This document shows positions 1 to 9,917 of a DNA stretch of 64,000 nucleotides, one piece after another (position 1 is the stretch's first letter; each line of letters opens with the position of its first letter). The stretch covers positions 128,001 through 192,000 of the forward strand of contig CAVYTU010000014.1 of NCBI GenBank assembly GCA_963771465.1, given 5' to 3'. The position numbers and the translations under genes were made by a program. Origin of the DNA: an uncultured delta proteobacterium. Lineage in GTDB: Bacteria; Desulfobacterota; Binatia; UBA9968. Under the pieces are notes generated by a model, which was not told the DNA's origin, searched no databases, and saw only the letters and a list, made by a program, of their open reading frames with translations.

Positions 1-326
1 GGCGAACGCTGCACGTCGGAGCCGGGGTTTTGAAAATGTTTGGCCGATTCCGGCAGCAGACCTTCGACAACTTTGATGCCGTCGAACCGACTCAAGAAGT
101 CGGCGTGCCACAGCGTGCGGCGAAATTCGCCATCGGTAATGCCTTGCATCCCGACGTCTTCCTGCATCTTCACCGCGTCGCGAATGCTGTGATTTTCAAC
201 ATCGCGCAGTTGCGCGACGGTTATTTCGCCCTTCTGATGTTTCTCTCTAGCCTGGTGCAACTCAGGCGGACGCAACAAACTGCCGACATGATTGGCGCGA
301 AACGGCGCTTTTTTTTCTTGTGTCAT
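1..326 (-). CDS. Cobalamin-independent methionine synthase II family protein (MetE C-terminal-domain-only type), N-terminal part; runs off the window edge
   Basis: Manual translation of the minus strand from ATG at 326 gives MTQEKKAPFRANHVGSLLRPPELHQAR...QEDVGMQGITDGEFRRTLWHADFL. HVGSLLRP and TDGEFRR are family hallmarks. Absent from the ORF track because it has no stop in the window. Confidence 0.85.
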   Translation of the reverse strand, partial: MTQEKKAPFRANHVGSLLRPPELHQAREKHQKGEITVAQLRDVENHSIRDAVKMQEDVGMQGITDGEFRRTLWHADFLSRFDGIKVVEGLLPESAKHFQNPGSDVQRS

Positions 327-413
327 AAATTTTTCTCGCTTTCATGCGGGTCTGTGAATTTGCCGCTGATTTAGCGATACCTTGAGTCATTCAGATTCTT
401 CAAGGAGCGATTC

Positions 414-1118
414 ATGCGCACCGAGTTTATCAGAATCGAAACTCCGACGCATCCCCTCGACGGCTACGAGTATCTCGCCTTCAACCGGCGCGGCCACGAT
501 TCCGTCAGCACCTATGACAGCCGCGAGTGCGTCGGCGGCGCCTATCAGACTGTCGCTGAAGGCGTCGAGGATAACGCGTTGGCCGCGAAATATTTGCATG
601 ACAAAGGCTTCACGAATCCAATCGTCATCGGCCACTGCAACGGCGGCGTCCTCGCCAGCGAACATGTGGCGAACCATCCCGAGACAAAAGCATTGATCTT
701 GCTCTCGGCGCACGCCGGCGGGAACCGGATGACGAGTCCAAGCGCAGCGCGCAATTTCTCGCTAGCAGGCGATACGGATACGCTACGAAAAGAAGCCGAG
801 GGTTTCATCGCCGCGGGCAAGCCGAGACAGCTGATGCTTATCCCCGCTTGGTGGTGGGCGATCTCGGCGCGCACTTACTTGGACCGTCTCAGCAACGCCC
901 CTGATCTCGTGGCTAATGCCACCAAAATCAAATGTCCCGTCCTGTTCATCCGCGGTGACCAAGAGCCGATAAAAAACTATCCAGCCGAACGCTTCAAAGA
1001 AAACTGCGCCGGCCCCTGCGATGTCGTGATCGTGCCGGACTGCGACCACTTTTATGTCGGTGCGGAAGATCGAGTTTCGAAGATCGTTTCGGAATGGTTA
1101 GAGAATACGGTTGAATAA
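414..1118 (+). CDS. Alpha/beta-hydrolase fold protein, possibly internally deleted
   Basis: SD AAGGAG before ATG; AFNRRGHD, nucleophile elbow GHCNGG, VLFIRGDQE acid region, DCDHFY catalytic His. Confidence 0.75.
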   Translation: MRTEFIRIETPTHPLDGYEYLAFNRRGHDSVSTYDSRECVGGAYQTVAEGVEDNALAAKYLHDKGFTNPIVIGHCNGGVLASEHVANHPETKALILLSAHAGGNRMTSPSAARNFSLAGDTDTLRKEAEGFIAAGKPRQLMLIPAWWWAISARTYLDRLSNAPDLVANATKIKCPVLFIRGDQEPIKNYPAERFKENCAGPCDVVIVPDCDHFYVGAEDRVSKIVSEWLENTVE

Positions 1119-1224
1119 CGACGGATAAATTTTTCCGAAGAAAGAATCGTCGATCGCGATGCTCGGAAGTAGTCAGCCCCAGCTAGAAACAAATATACGT
1201 ATGGCCAACAAATTTGTCTTGTAG

Positions 1225-1287
1225 TCGTAACGCAGGGCTAAGCAGCGAGCGCCACAGGCGCGAGTCCGCTTGAGCACCGGGTTCGGC
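1225..1287 (-). mobile_element. Integron attC recombination site (solitary)
   Basis: Minus strand reads GCCGAAC(R'')-CCGGT-GCTCAAGC(L'', extra C)-GGACTCGCGCCTGTGGCGCTCGCT-GCTTAGC(L')-CCTGC-GTTACGA(R'). It is 63 bp long and starts 3 nt after a stop codon. Confidence 0.75.
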
Positions 1288-1290
1288 GTC

Positions 1291-1482
1291 TCACCATGTG
1301 CCACCAGAAACCTGCACTTCAAACGTTGCTTCGCTAGGCTGAACGAATGTGTTGTTTTGCATGCGGATGTTGGAACCACGGGTGATCCGGATACCTCGGC
1401 CCCGTGAACCAACAAGACCGCGGAAGTAGCGCTCAACGATTTTCTGGAAGGCCTGATGATACGACGGACGCCGAATCCACCA
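1291..1482 (-). pseudogene. 5'-truncated gene-cassette ORF remnant (hypothetical protein C-terminus)
   Basis: Open frame with no plausible start at its 5' end, ...YHQAFQKIVERYFRGLVGSRGRGIRITRGSNIRMQNNTFVQPSEATFEVQVSGGTW*, ending just before attC R''. Confidence 0.55.
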
Positions 1483-1520
1483 CTAATCCAAAGGGTTTGA
1501 ACGAATTCGACGCTACTCTT

Positions 1521-2243
1521 TTATTCTTTCAAAGCCTGCCATTCTCTCAGCAATCTGCCAAAGCCAGCCATCGGATATTTCAGACCGAGCTTCGATAGCA
1601 CGTACCAAAACATCGCCGGATTGCTCGCGATGACGGTGGCATTCAGCTCAGACTCTATACGCTCCAGGCACTTGATCGGATCGAGCACCGCACCTTGAAA
1701 ATAGATTGCGTCGATCTTGCCCACTGCGGCGAGATTCTTTTTTGTTAATTCGAAGACTTCGTCCGGCGTCATACGCTTCGGGACAGCCAACTCATCGAAA
1801 GAGTTCGGCGAGATTGCCGTCACTCCCGCCTTGGCGAGATGGGCGACGATCAAGTCGTTCAAACGCGCATCGAACGGCGTGAGCAAGAGCACTCGCGGCG
1901 CCGAATAGACTCGGAGCGCCGCGACGCAAGCATTGAGCGCGGTGGTGAAGGGAATCGAGACGGCCGCTTTCAATTCATCGAACAATCCAGGATTGAGCAC
2001 TTCGGTCGGCGCAGCAGTAAGAATGAGTCCATCCCATTTCCGTTCGGCGATGAACTCTTTTACCCGCCGCAGAATAATTTCCTTCTTGTCCGCGATCTCG
2101 TACAGCGATTTTCCGTAGAGCTGTAATCCCTGGAAGTCGACCTCGACCTCTTTCGGAACGATCGGCAGAAAACTATTGTAGTGCGGCATCGAGCTCGTGC
2201 CACCACTTACGAAGCCAATTTTTGCTTTAACGCCATCAGCCAT
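1521..2243 (-). CDS. Maleate cis-trans isomerase / arylmalonate decarboxylase (Asp/Glu racemase superfamily)-like protein
   Basis: KIGFVS, RVLLLTPF, IDAIYFQ and VIASNPAMFW...GFGRLL family pattern; SD GGAGG upstream. Confidence 0.7.
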   Translation of the reverse strand: MADGVKAKIGFVSGGTSSMPHYNSFLPIVPKEVEVDFQGLQLYGKSLYEIADKKEIILRRVKEFIAERKWDGLILTAAPTEVLNPGLFDELKAAVSIPFTTALNACVAALRVYSAPRVLLLTPFDARLNDLIVAHLAKAGVTAISPNSFDELAVPKRMTPDEVFELTKKNLAAVGKIDAIYFQGAVLDPIKCLERIESELNATVIASNPAMFWYVLSKLGLKYPMAGFGRLLREWQALKE

Positions 2244-2315
2244 TGTACACCTCCGATCGATCCTCCATCCTCAATTTTCCATTCTCGACGAGTATTCTGA
2301 CAGTCCCCGACCCAG

Positions 2316-2783
2316 TTATCTCTTCTTCGCCTTATACCCGTCAATCGCCTTCTTGAGATCTTCGAACTCCTCGCACGTGCCGAAGAATGGACAGGCTTTT
2401 TTCAACGCTGCAAGTTGTTTCTCGGCGTTGTCGGGTTGATTCAAGTCGAGATAAAGCTCGCCGAGATATTCGTGAGCGCCACGGTTGTTGGAGTCGAGCT
2501 TGAGCGCGCGCTGATAGTGCTCCATCGATTTATCGAAGGTGCCGACTTTGCGGTAACTGTAGCCGAGCAAGTTGTGCGCATCAGAGTCGTTGGGCAACTC
2601 CTGCACCGCTTTAGAGAAATGTCCCACCGCCGTTTTGTAATCCTTGGCGTCCATCGCTTTGCGGCCGGCCACGATGTTGGGATTTTCCGGGCGCGACTTT
2701 GGTTCGGGTGCGTCCGCCAGAGCAAACGACTGCGCGATGGCTAACCCCAACACTACAAGCATGATTCGAACGAGATATTTCAT
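2316..2783 (-). CDS. Exported tetratricopeptide repeat protein
   Basis: Signal peptide (ALA-DA); TPR motifs AHNLLGYSYRK and AHEYLGELYL. Confidence 0.85.
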   Translation of the reverse strand: MKYLVRIMLVVLGLAIAQSFALADAPEPKSRPENPNIVAGRKAMDAKDYKTAVGHFSKAVQELPNDSDAHNLLGYSYRKVGTFDKSMEHYQRALKLDSNNRGAHEYLGELYLDLNQPDNAEKQLAALKKACPFFGTCEEFEDLKKAIDGYKAKKR

Positions 2784-2872
2784 ACAACCTCCATTGACCC
2801 GGTAAGAATGATCGAATCTTACTCATCGGTGCCGGCCGGCGCAATACTCCCCAGTTTCACAATCTCGAAGAT

Positions 2873-3829
2873 TTATTTCTTTCTCAGCTCGGATTTGACC
2901 TCGCGAAGAACCGAGAGATCGAACAAACGATCGAGCGCAATCTCGCCGGTGAAACCCGACTCTTGGCGGATCTTATCGACGATCGATTTCAGCACCGGCT
3001 CTTCGATATCGCCATCGGTATTGATGACCTGCCGAAGAATGCTGTAAGTGTCCACCGCGATCTTCGGCTCCAAGGAAAAATCTCGTTGCAAATACGCGAC
3101 AACGTCAGCCTCGTTCCGAACAATGGCATCCATGCTCCGCAGCGTGCCGCGAATCATTGCTCGTACTTGCTCATGGCGATCCTTGATGTGACCAAGCCGC
3201 GCGACGAGGCCGCCCTGCAAATCGCGCACGTCGTAAGTGTTTGCCAAATCCGGATAGCCGGCGAGCGTCGCCATCGAAGTGTAAGGCGGACTCAAGATCA
3301 CAGCGTCGGTCGCTTTGGCCAGCAGTGCGGAATAACTATTCGCCGTCGTATTGGTCGACACATAGGCGACCTTTTCGTTGCCAAGCCGCTTCATCACCGT
3401 CTGCGCAGCGTAATGCGCCAGCGAACCAATGCCGCTCACCGAAACAGTTTTGATCCGCGCCGGCGTCATACCGGGCTGGCCGATCAGACTGAAACTCAAA
3501 CGCGTCTGGATGAAAGCGACGGTGCGTAGCGGCACGCCTTTCATCGCGGCGCGCACCGACAAACCGCCCGCCGCCGAGTAGTCGAGCTCGCCGGCAGCCA
3601 GCGCGGTCACGCCGAGCGGCGGCCGCATCACGATAATCTCAAGCTCAATCCCCTCGCGCGCATAGAACCCCTGCGCCTTGCCGAAATAAAACGGAATAAA
3701 AGTCAGTGACTTCGCCGGCACCGTTAGCCGCACGCGCTCAAGCGCTTTGCCTTGCTGCGCCAAAGCCGTCGATTGCAAGGCAAGCAGAAGCGGCAGTAGC
3801 GCGACTAGCCATATGAATATTTTTTTCAT
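2873..3829 (-). CDS. ABC transporter substrate-binding protein, NMT1/THI5/SsuA-like
   Basis: Signal peptide; GFYAREGIELE and ALAAGELD motifs. Confidence 0.85.
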   Translation of the reverse strand: MKKIFIWLVALLPLLLALQSTALAQQGKALERVRLTVPAKSLTFIPFYFGKAQGFYAREGIELEIIVMRPPLGVTALAAGELDYSAAGGLSVRAAMKGVPLRTVAFIQTRLSFSLIGQPGMTPARIKTVSVSGIGSLAHYAAQTVMKRLGNEKVAYVSTNTTANSYSALLAKATDAVILSPPYTSMATLAGYPDLANTYDVRDLQGGLVARLGHIKDRHEQVRAMIRGTLRSMDAIVRNEADVVAYLQRDFSLEPKIAVDTYSILRQVINTDGDIEEPVLKSIVDKIRQESGFTGEIALDRLFDLSVLREVKSELRKK

Positions 3830-3863
3830 CAGACTTTTTTGCGACTTTTGCGTTCTCTGCGGC

Positions 3864-5291
3864 TTACTCTGATTTATTTTTACCCGCCAGACTCGCGCCG
3901 AATTTCAGCTTCACTTTTTCTTTCAGCGCCGCGCTTGCGCCCGACACTTTGGGAAACTCATTGATCCACTCGTAAGGCCGGCACGCGTCAATGATGCAGC
4001 GCGACTGAAAGCCGCGCTCGCTCGGCGGGATGATCGGATCGATGGGATTACTCCAGCAGCGTTGCAATATATCGATATCCTTGGCCGGATCAGTGCGCGT
4101 GCACAGCGCCCAGAGCAGTTCGTTGCTGTCCCAGATGTCGATATCGTCGTCGACGACCATCACATAGCGCGTGAGTAATGCCGCCGCGCGGCACTGGGAC
4201 GCGATCAGGGCCGCCTGGCGCGCGTGGCCGGGATAGCGCTGCTTGATCGACAGCGCAACCAACAGTCGGGTTTGATGATAGGCGACGCCGCGCACGTCGG
4301 GCACCCCGGCTTTGTCGAGGTAATTCCAAATGTATGCAGCGCGAATTAAATTATTTTCCGCCCCCGGCGCCGGCTTGAACGGCGGCGCGCCGGTGAGGAT
4401 CGGATCGTTGCGATACATGAGCCGTTTCACTTTGAGCATCGGCTCGGAGCGCAGACCGCCGGCGTAATAACCGGTGAATTCGCCGAAGGGCCCCTCGGGA
4501 ATGTTCGTGCCGGGAATCACTTCGCCTTCGATGACGATCTCCGAATAGGCCGGAATCGGCAATCCGGTGTGTTTGCCGAGAATCACTTCGTAACCTTCCC
4601 CACGCACGCCGCCGGCGTAATCGTATTCCGACTCCCCGGCTGGGATTTCCATCTGGCCGAAAAACCACAGCAGTGGATCGGGACCGAAGCTGATGGCCAC
4701 GGGGAACGGCTGGCCCTTGTCGAAATACTTTTGCCGATGGATGTTGCCGTGGTGGCCCGGCGAAATGTAAAGCGCCAAGGTGTCGCGGTCGTGCACCATG
4801 ACGCGGTAACAACCGACATTAATCCAACCGTCGTCTAAATCGCGCGTGATCGTCGCGTTGAGCGAGCCAATATATCGCCCGCCGTCGCCTTCGTGCCAAT
4901 GGGGCGAGGGCAGCGAGAGCAAGTCGATATCCTTGCCTTCAAAAACATTTTCCAGGACCGGTCCAGACTCGACCACGCGCGGCGGAATCAGCGCGGGCTT
5001 GTCGAGGCGCTTTTTCCACGCCTCGATGAACTGATCGCGCGTGTAGTCGAGCGGCAGATGATTGGTCAAACATTGACGCTTGAGTGTGGGATTGTGGATG
5101 CCCGTGAGTACGCGCCGGCCCGCCGGATAATCTTTGATCTTGTCGAACAATACCGCCGGTGATGGATTGGACTGCGCCGCGACTTCCGCCACCGCGCCGA
5201 TCTCCTGATTCCAATCGGCGCCCTCGACGATCCGTAATTCGCCAAACGAATCGACGCCCGCCAACCAGCCGCGCAAATCTCGGTAGTGCAT
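3864..5291 (-). CDS. UbiD-family (prFMN-dependent) decarboxylase
   Basis: MHYRDLRGWL start (ATG 5291); GCYRVMVH, EGPFGEFTGYY, VVDDDIDI, WALCTR and IIDACRP motifs. Confidence 0.92.
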   Translation of the reverse strand: MHYRDLRGWLAGVDSFGELRIVEGADWNQEIGAVAEVAAQSNPSPAVLFDKIKDYPAGRRVLTGIHNPTLKRQCLTNHLPLDYTRDQFIEAWKKRLDKPALIPPRVVESGPVLENVFEGKDIDLLSLPSPHWHEGDGGRYIGSLNATITRDLDDGWINVGCYRVMVHDRDTLALYISPGHHGNIHRQKYFDKGQPFPVAISFGPDPLLWFFGQMEIPAGESEYDYAGGVRGEGYEVILGKHTGLPIPAYSEIVIEGEVIPGTNIPEGPFGEFTGYYAGGLRSEPMLKVKRLMYRNDPILTGAPPFKPAPGAENNLIRAAYIWNYLDKAGVPDVRGVAYHQTRLLVALSIKQRYPGHARQAALIASQCRAAALLTRYVMVVDDDIDIWDSNELLWALCTRTDPAKDIDILQRCWSNPIDPIIPPSERGFQSRCIIDACRPYEWINEFPKVSGASAALKEKVKLKFGASLAGKNKSE

Positions 5292-5382
5292 CCCTTCGCC
5301 TCCAGTCGCGCCGATCTTAGAACGGAGCACGGACTCGCACAACTACCGTATGATCTGATTTCGCTAGGCGAGAAATTGCGCT

Positions 5383-6654
5383 ATGTTTTTGATCATGAAT
5401 TACTTCCATCCGAACTTTGCGCCCTTTGCGTTCTTTGTGGCCTCCCTCATTCCGATGTCTTTCTCCCTATGCGTTGCAGCCGACTCCAGTCGCGTCATCG
5501 AAACCGGCCCCGCGGAAAAACTCGTCTTGCCGCCGCCTTATGCGACCCGCGGTGTCGCCAATCCGTCTCGCGTTGTTGGTTGGCCCAAAGGGAAAATGCC
5601 GACGGCGCCGGCGGGTTTCGAAGTGAATCTATTCGCCGAAGATCTCGACAATCCGCGCACGATCCACGTCTTGCCGAATGGCGACGTGCTGGTGATGGAA
5701 TCCCGGCGCCGCCAAGGGCCGAGCCGCATCATACTTTTTCGCGACGACAACAAAGACGGCAAACCCGAGCGCCGCGGGGTATTTATCGACAACCTCAACG
5801 GCGCGTTCGGCATGGCTCTGCACGGCAATCGTTTCTATGTCGGCAACACCGACGCCGTAGTCGTCTTTCCTTATCAGAGCGGCGACACCAGGATCACGCG
5901 CCAGGGAGAAAAGATTCTTGATCTCCCCAGCGGCGGACATTACTCACGCACCGTCATCATCGATCCCGACGGCAAGAAACTCTATATCAGCGTCGGCTCA
6001 GCGACCAACGTCGATGAGGAAATGATCGACGCCAAAGATTCGCGCCGCGCCACCGTCTTGCAAGCAAACCTCGACGGCAGCGCCATGCGCGTGTTTGCCA
6101 GCGGTCTAAGAAATGCTGTCGGCTTGGACTGGGAGCCGAAGAGCAAACAATTGTGGGCAGTGGTCAATGAACGCGACATGCTCGGCGACGAATTGGTGCC
6201 GGATTATCTGACGAGCGTAAAGGAAAATGCTTTCTATGGCTGGCCGTATGCTTACTTCGGTCCGAACGAAGACCCGCGCAAAAAAAACCAGCGCCCCGAG
6301 CTCGTTGCCAAAACGATCAAACCCGACTACGCGCTCGGCTCCCACGTCGCGCCGCTGGGATTGGCATTTTACACCGGTAAGTCATTTACGGCTCGCTACC
6401 AGGGCGGCGCATTCGTCGGCATGCACGGTTCATGGAACAGATCGAATCTGGTCGGCTACAAAGTCGCCTTCGTGCCGTTTCAAAACGGCAAACCGAGCGG
6501 CACCATGGAAGATTTCCTGACGGGTTTCCTCTCGAATCCCAAATCCAACGAAGTCTATGGCCGCCCCGTTGGCGTCACCGTAGCAAACGACGGCTCACTG
6601 CTCGTCGCCGACGACGGCGCCAACAAAGTCTGGCGCGTGAGTATAAAGAAATAG
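5383..6654 (+). CDS. PQQ-dependent glucose/sorbosone dehydrogenase family protein (start uncertain)
   Basis: LYISVGSATN, FASGLRNAVGL, VNERDMLGDELVPDYLT, GSHVAPLG, HGSWNRS and GRPVGV motifs. Confidence 0.9.
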   Translation: MFLIMNYFHPNFAPFAFFVASLIPMSFSLCVAADSSRVIETGPAEKLVLPPPYATRGVANPSRVVGWPKGKMPTAPAGFEVNLFAEDLDNPRTIHVLPNGDVLVMESRRRQGPSRIILFRDDNKDGKPERRGVFIDNLNGAFGMALHGNRFYVGNTDAVVVFPYQSGDTRITRQGEKILDLPSGGHYSRTVIIDPDGKKLYISVGSATNVDEEMIDAKDSRRATVLQANLDGSAMRVFASGLRNAVGLDWEPKSKQLWAVVNERDMLGDELVPDYLTSVKENAFYGWPYAYFGPNEDPRKKNQRPELVAKTIKPDYALGSHVAPLGLAFYTGKSFTARYQGGAFVGMHGSWNRSNLVGYKVAFVPFQNGKPSGTMEDFLTGFLSNPKSNEVYGRPVGVTVANDGSLLVADDGANKVWRVSIKK

Positions 6655-6829
6655 GAATCGAATTATTGCCGCAAAGAACGCACGGGACACAAAAGAGAAT
6701 CAGCGATTAGGTCACTGCCAATGAGACATTCACTGGCGTGCCAATCGCCCGATCAGAGTTTTGCCAATTTTTCGTTCTTAAGAAACCATTTTGACGGTCG
6801 CTTTCGTATAGTCATTTGATCGCTAAACA

Positions 6830-8521
6830 TCACGCGTGCCCGTTGCGAGGATAGCGCGCATTGCGTAATACCGTCCCTGAAGTCGCACCGGTAGGCTTTT
6901 CGTGATCGAGCACTACCTCCCCGTTGACAACGGTGTAATGGATACCATCGGCCAGTACACGCATCCTCCATCCATTGTGCGGAAAGTCATGGACAACTTC
7001 TTGTCGTCTCGGCTGCACCGTGTTGGGATCGAACACAACCAAGTCTGCCGCCAATCCCGGCCGCAACAACCCTCGATCATAAATTCCATAAGCCGATGCG
7101 GAATCGAACGTGAGGCGCCGAACGGCTTGCTCGAGCGACATAACTCCTTGTTCTCGCACCCAGTAACCCAGTAGTCTTGTGCTATAGCCAACTTCGGAAT
7201 GATACTGGACATGCGCGCCGCCGTCCGACAAACCTACTACCGTATAAGGACTGTTTAAAATTTCGCCGACGGAATTGCGATCGGTATTTCTGTGGCAAAA
7301 ACCAAAGACGGTATCGAGTTTTTCCTGCACCGCCAAATCAAGAAACGCGTCTAACGGCTCCTTGCTCTGCATTGCGGCAATCTCACTAACCCGCTTTCCT
7401 CTCAGTTGCTGGTTTTGAGGTAAGGCAGTGTCATCGACCATGAGTATATCCCAACGCTTATCGAAGCCGTTGTCCGGAAGATCGAGATCGGCGCGTAGTT
7501 TCTCGCGCATCGCCGGATCATTGTACATGCGCAACTTCTCGTCGTCTGAGACCTGCATGATGGCCAGCCAGTTAGGCATTTGGCGGAAGAACTGGGAATT
7601 TTTCAAATTGAAGAGAATCACCGCGCTGTTTGGAGTGCAAAGCGGCACGGCTCGTGTCCCTTCTTTATAGCGCTCTTCGACAAGGTTGAGATGCTCTCGC
7701 CAGCGGCGCGGCGCGTGCAGGCTATGGGTAATGCTGTTGTACATCAAGGGGCGGCCCGAGACCCCGGATAGCCGGCTCATTAAGCCCTGCTTGAGTTCAG
7801 GAGCGGCGCCACCACCGCATTGCATGACCCCCGTGCCAACTTCTTGCAGCACTTGCGCCAGCGCCAGCATCTCCGCCTCCGGAGCAAACGCGGCAGGGAT
7901 CAGCTTCCCCCGTACGTCCAAATGACTCATGTTGCGCGAGACCGACAACCCAAGAGCCCCGGCCTCCAGCGCCTCGCGCACGACTCGCCGCATGACGTCG
8001 AGCTCACCCTCTGTCGCCGCGCGTTCCTGACTCGCTTCCCCCATCGCAAAAAGTCGCACTGCCGAGTGGCCAACCAACGTGCCCACGTTGATGGACAGAC
8101 GTTTGCCAATGGCGTCCATGTACTCGGGAAAAGTCTCCCAGTTCCACGGCACGGCTTCCCGCAAAATATCCATGGGAATGGCTTCCACTTCGGAAAGCAT
8201 GCCTGCCAATGTTTCATGGTCGTTAGGCCTGACCGGCGCGAGTGTCAGCGAGCAGTTACCGATGATGACGCTGGTGGCGCCGTGATAGCAGGAGTACGTG
8301 CAGAGCGGATCCCAAGTGACCTGCGCGTCATAGTGACAATGATTGTCGATAAAGCCGGGAGCGATGACGTTGCCCTCGGCGTCGATAACGCGCTTGGCCG
8401 GTCCGTCTAAACGGCCGAGCTCGACGATTTTGCCACCGCTGATCGCGACATCACCATGAAACGCCGGCATACCCGAGCCATCGATGATTCGGCCATTTTT
8501 TACGAGCAAGTCATAGACCAT
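6830..8521 (-). CDS. N-acyl-D-amino-acid deacylase-like amidohydrolase
   Basis: YDLLVKNGRIIDGSG, PGFIDNHCHYD, SDGGAH and GLLRPGLAADLVVFDP motifs; SD GGAGG before ATG 8521. Confidence 0.9.
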   Translation of the reverse strand: MVYDLLVKNGRIIDGSGMPAFHGDVAISGGKIVELGRLDGPAKRVIDAEGNVIAPGFIDNHCHYDAQVTWDPLCTYSCYHGATSVIIGNCSLTLAPVRPNDHETLAGMLSEVEAIPMDILREAVPWNWETFPEYMDAIGKRLSINVGTLVGHSAVRLFAMGEASQERAATEGELDVMRRVVREALEAGALGLSVSRNMSHLDVRGKLIPAAFAPEAEMLALAQVLQEVGTGVMQCGGGAAPELKQGLMSRLSGVSGRPLMYNSITHSLHAPRRWREHLNLVEERYKEGTRAVPLCTPNSAVILFNLKNSQFFRQMPNWLAIMQVSDDEKLRMYNDPAMREKLRADLDLPDNGFDKRWDILMVDDTALPQNQQLRGKRVSEIAAMQSKEPLDAFLDLAVQEKLDTVFGFCHRNTDRNSVGEILNSPYTVVGLSDGGAHVQYHSEVGYSTRLLGYWVREQGVMSLEQAVRRLTFDSASAYGIYDRGLLRPGLAADLVVFDPNTVQPRRQEVVHDFPHNGWRMRVLADGIHYTVVNGEVVLDHEKPTGATSGTVLRNARYPRNGHA

Positions 8522-8674
8522 GATTCTTCCTCCGTAGTCTAGAAGCCAACTATTAGGTTTCTGAGCGATACCACAGCCCATGAAAAACTGTCAACGGCCT
8601 ATAGTTGACACGATCTGCGGAGTCGAGATATTTGTCGTCACCTAGAATCAAGCTGCATTGTCGGAGCACGCGTC

Positions 8675-9805
8675 ATGCCAAAACGTTTGCCTGCAAAGAT
8701 TTCGTTTCTCTCGTTTCTCATCTGGGCCTTCGTTCTCACATCCGTTGCCTTTGGAGCGGCGCCCAATGATGTCCTGTTGAAGGCTAAGCAAGAAGCTGAG
8801 TCCAGCGGTTACATCTTCGTCACCAGCCGTGACGAGATAATCGCCAAGGCCAAGAAGGAGGGACGACTTCGTGCGGTGAGCGGCCTCAGCGGGCCGGCGA
8901 TAAAACCGATGGTCGAGGCATTCAGGAAAAAGTATCCGTTCATCGACTGTGAGGTTGTGGAAATCGAGGGCACCGTGGCTTATCAACGGTTTCTCCTTGA
9001 ACTGAAAGCGGGGACATCCAAAAAATGGGATTCTACCTACCTCCCTTACGACAACTACAAGGCATTCCTTGCACATCAGATGAAATTCGACATTTTGGGG
9101 ATGGTTAAGGCGGGAATATTGGACATTCACCCAAGAATGGTAGACCCAGTCAACCGCAACACGGTCTCCGCCAACACGATCGCGAGCGTAGCGGTCTACA
9201 ATCGTAAGCTCATCGCGGAAGAGAAGGTCCCGTCCAAATGGGAGGACTTTCTCAAGCCCGAGTTTAAAGGAAAAAAATTTGCGGCGGATATTCGGCCGAG
9301 TTCGGTAGCTGCTCTGGTGCCGGCATGGGGATTGGAAGCGACGTTGGAATTCGCGCGCAAGCTGGCGGCGCAGGAACCGGTATGGGTCACGAGCGGAACC
9401 AGGGCGATTATCGTGGCGCAGTCGGGAGAGGCCGCCTTGGGTCTCGCGGTTCAGCAGAGCAGCATTAAACGGGTTCAAGCGAAGGATCCCACCAGTGTCG
9501 TAGGTTACAAGCTCGTGGAACCGGTACCTATCCGGGTGGTTTCGAGAATCGACGGTGTTTTGCAGATGGCTGAGAACCCGCACGCCGCTTTACTGTGGTT
9601 GGAGTTCGCCGCCTCTCCCGAAGGGCAAAAAGTGCTCGAGGATTACGGCCCGTCTCAGGCTTCCGTCTTTAAACCAGGCTCGGGAACCGAAAAGGAATTA
9701 CGAGGCAAGAAACTTTCAGAGGTCGACTGGGATCAATTCGGGAAACTGGACGAACATGAGGCTAAAATAATCGAGGCGTATGGATTTCCGAGGGCGGCGA
9801 AGTGA
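8675..9805 (+). CDS. ABC transporter substrate-binding protein (Fe3+/thiamine/polyamine-type cluster)
   Basis: Signal peptide; AKKEGRL, PSKWEDFLKPEFKGK and PHAALLWLEF...EGQK motifs. Confidence 0.85.
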   Translation: MPKRLPAKISFLSFLIWAFVLTSVAFGAAPNDVLLKAKQEAESSGYIFVTSRDEIIAKAKKEGRLRAVSGLSGPAIKPMVEAFRKKYPFIDCEVVEIEGTVAYQRFLLELKAGTSKKWDSTYLPYDNYKAFLAHQMKFDILGMVKAGILDIHPRMVDPVNRNTVSANTIASVAVYNRKLIAEEKVPSKWEDFLKPEFKGKKFAADIRPSSVAALVPAWGLEATLEFARKLAAQEPVWVTSGTRAIIVAQSGEAALGLAVQQSSIKRVQAKDPTSVVGYKLVEPVPIRVVSRIDGVLQMAENPHAALLWLEFAASPEGQKVLEDYGPSQASVFKPGSGTEKELRGKKLSEVDWDQFGKLDEHEAKIIEAYGFPRAAK

Positions 9806-9917
9806 AATGATCCAATGAAATTTTTCGCCGTTATGGGAGACACATCACGGCACGTAGCGTCGGTCCCGGGCAAACTTCAGGCAGCGACGACTCTAAGTTA
9901 AGTAGGGAGGGAAACCT

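Noticed and set aside
30-374. 114-aa plus-strand ORF
   Set aside because: Antisense shadow of the MetE-like gene at 1..326 (-).
8648-9583. Long antisense ORFs (also 13638..14693, 34829..35596, 45116..45967, 46597..47439 and similar)
   Set aside because: They lie opposite well-supported genes and are expected from GC-rich codon bias.
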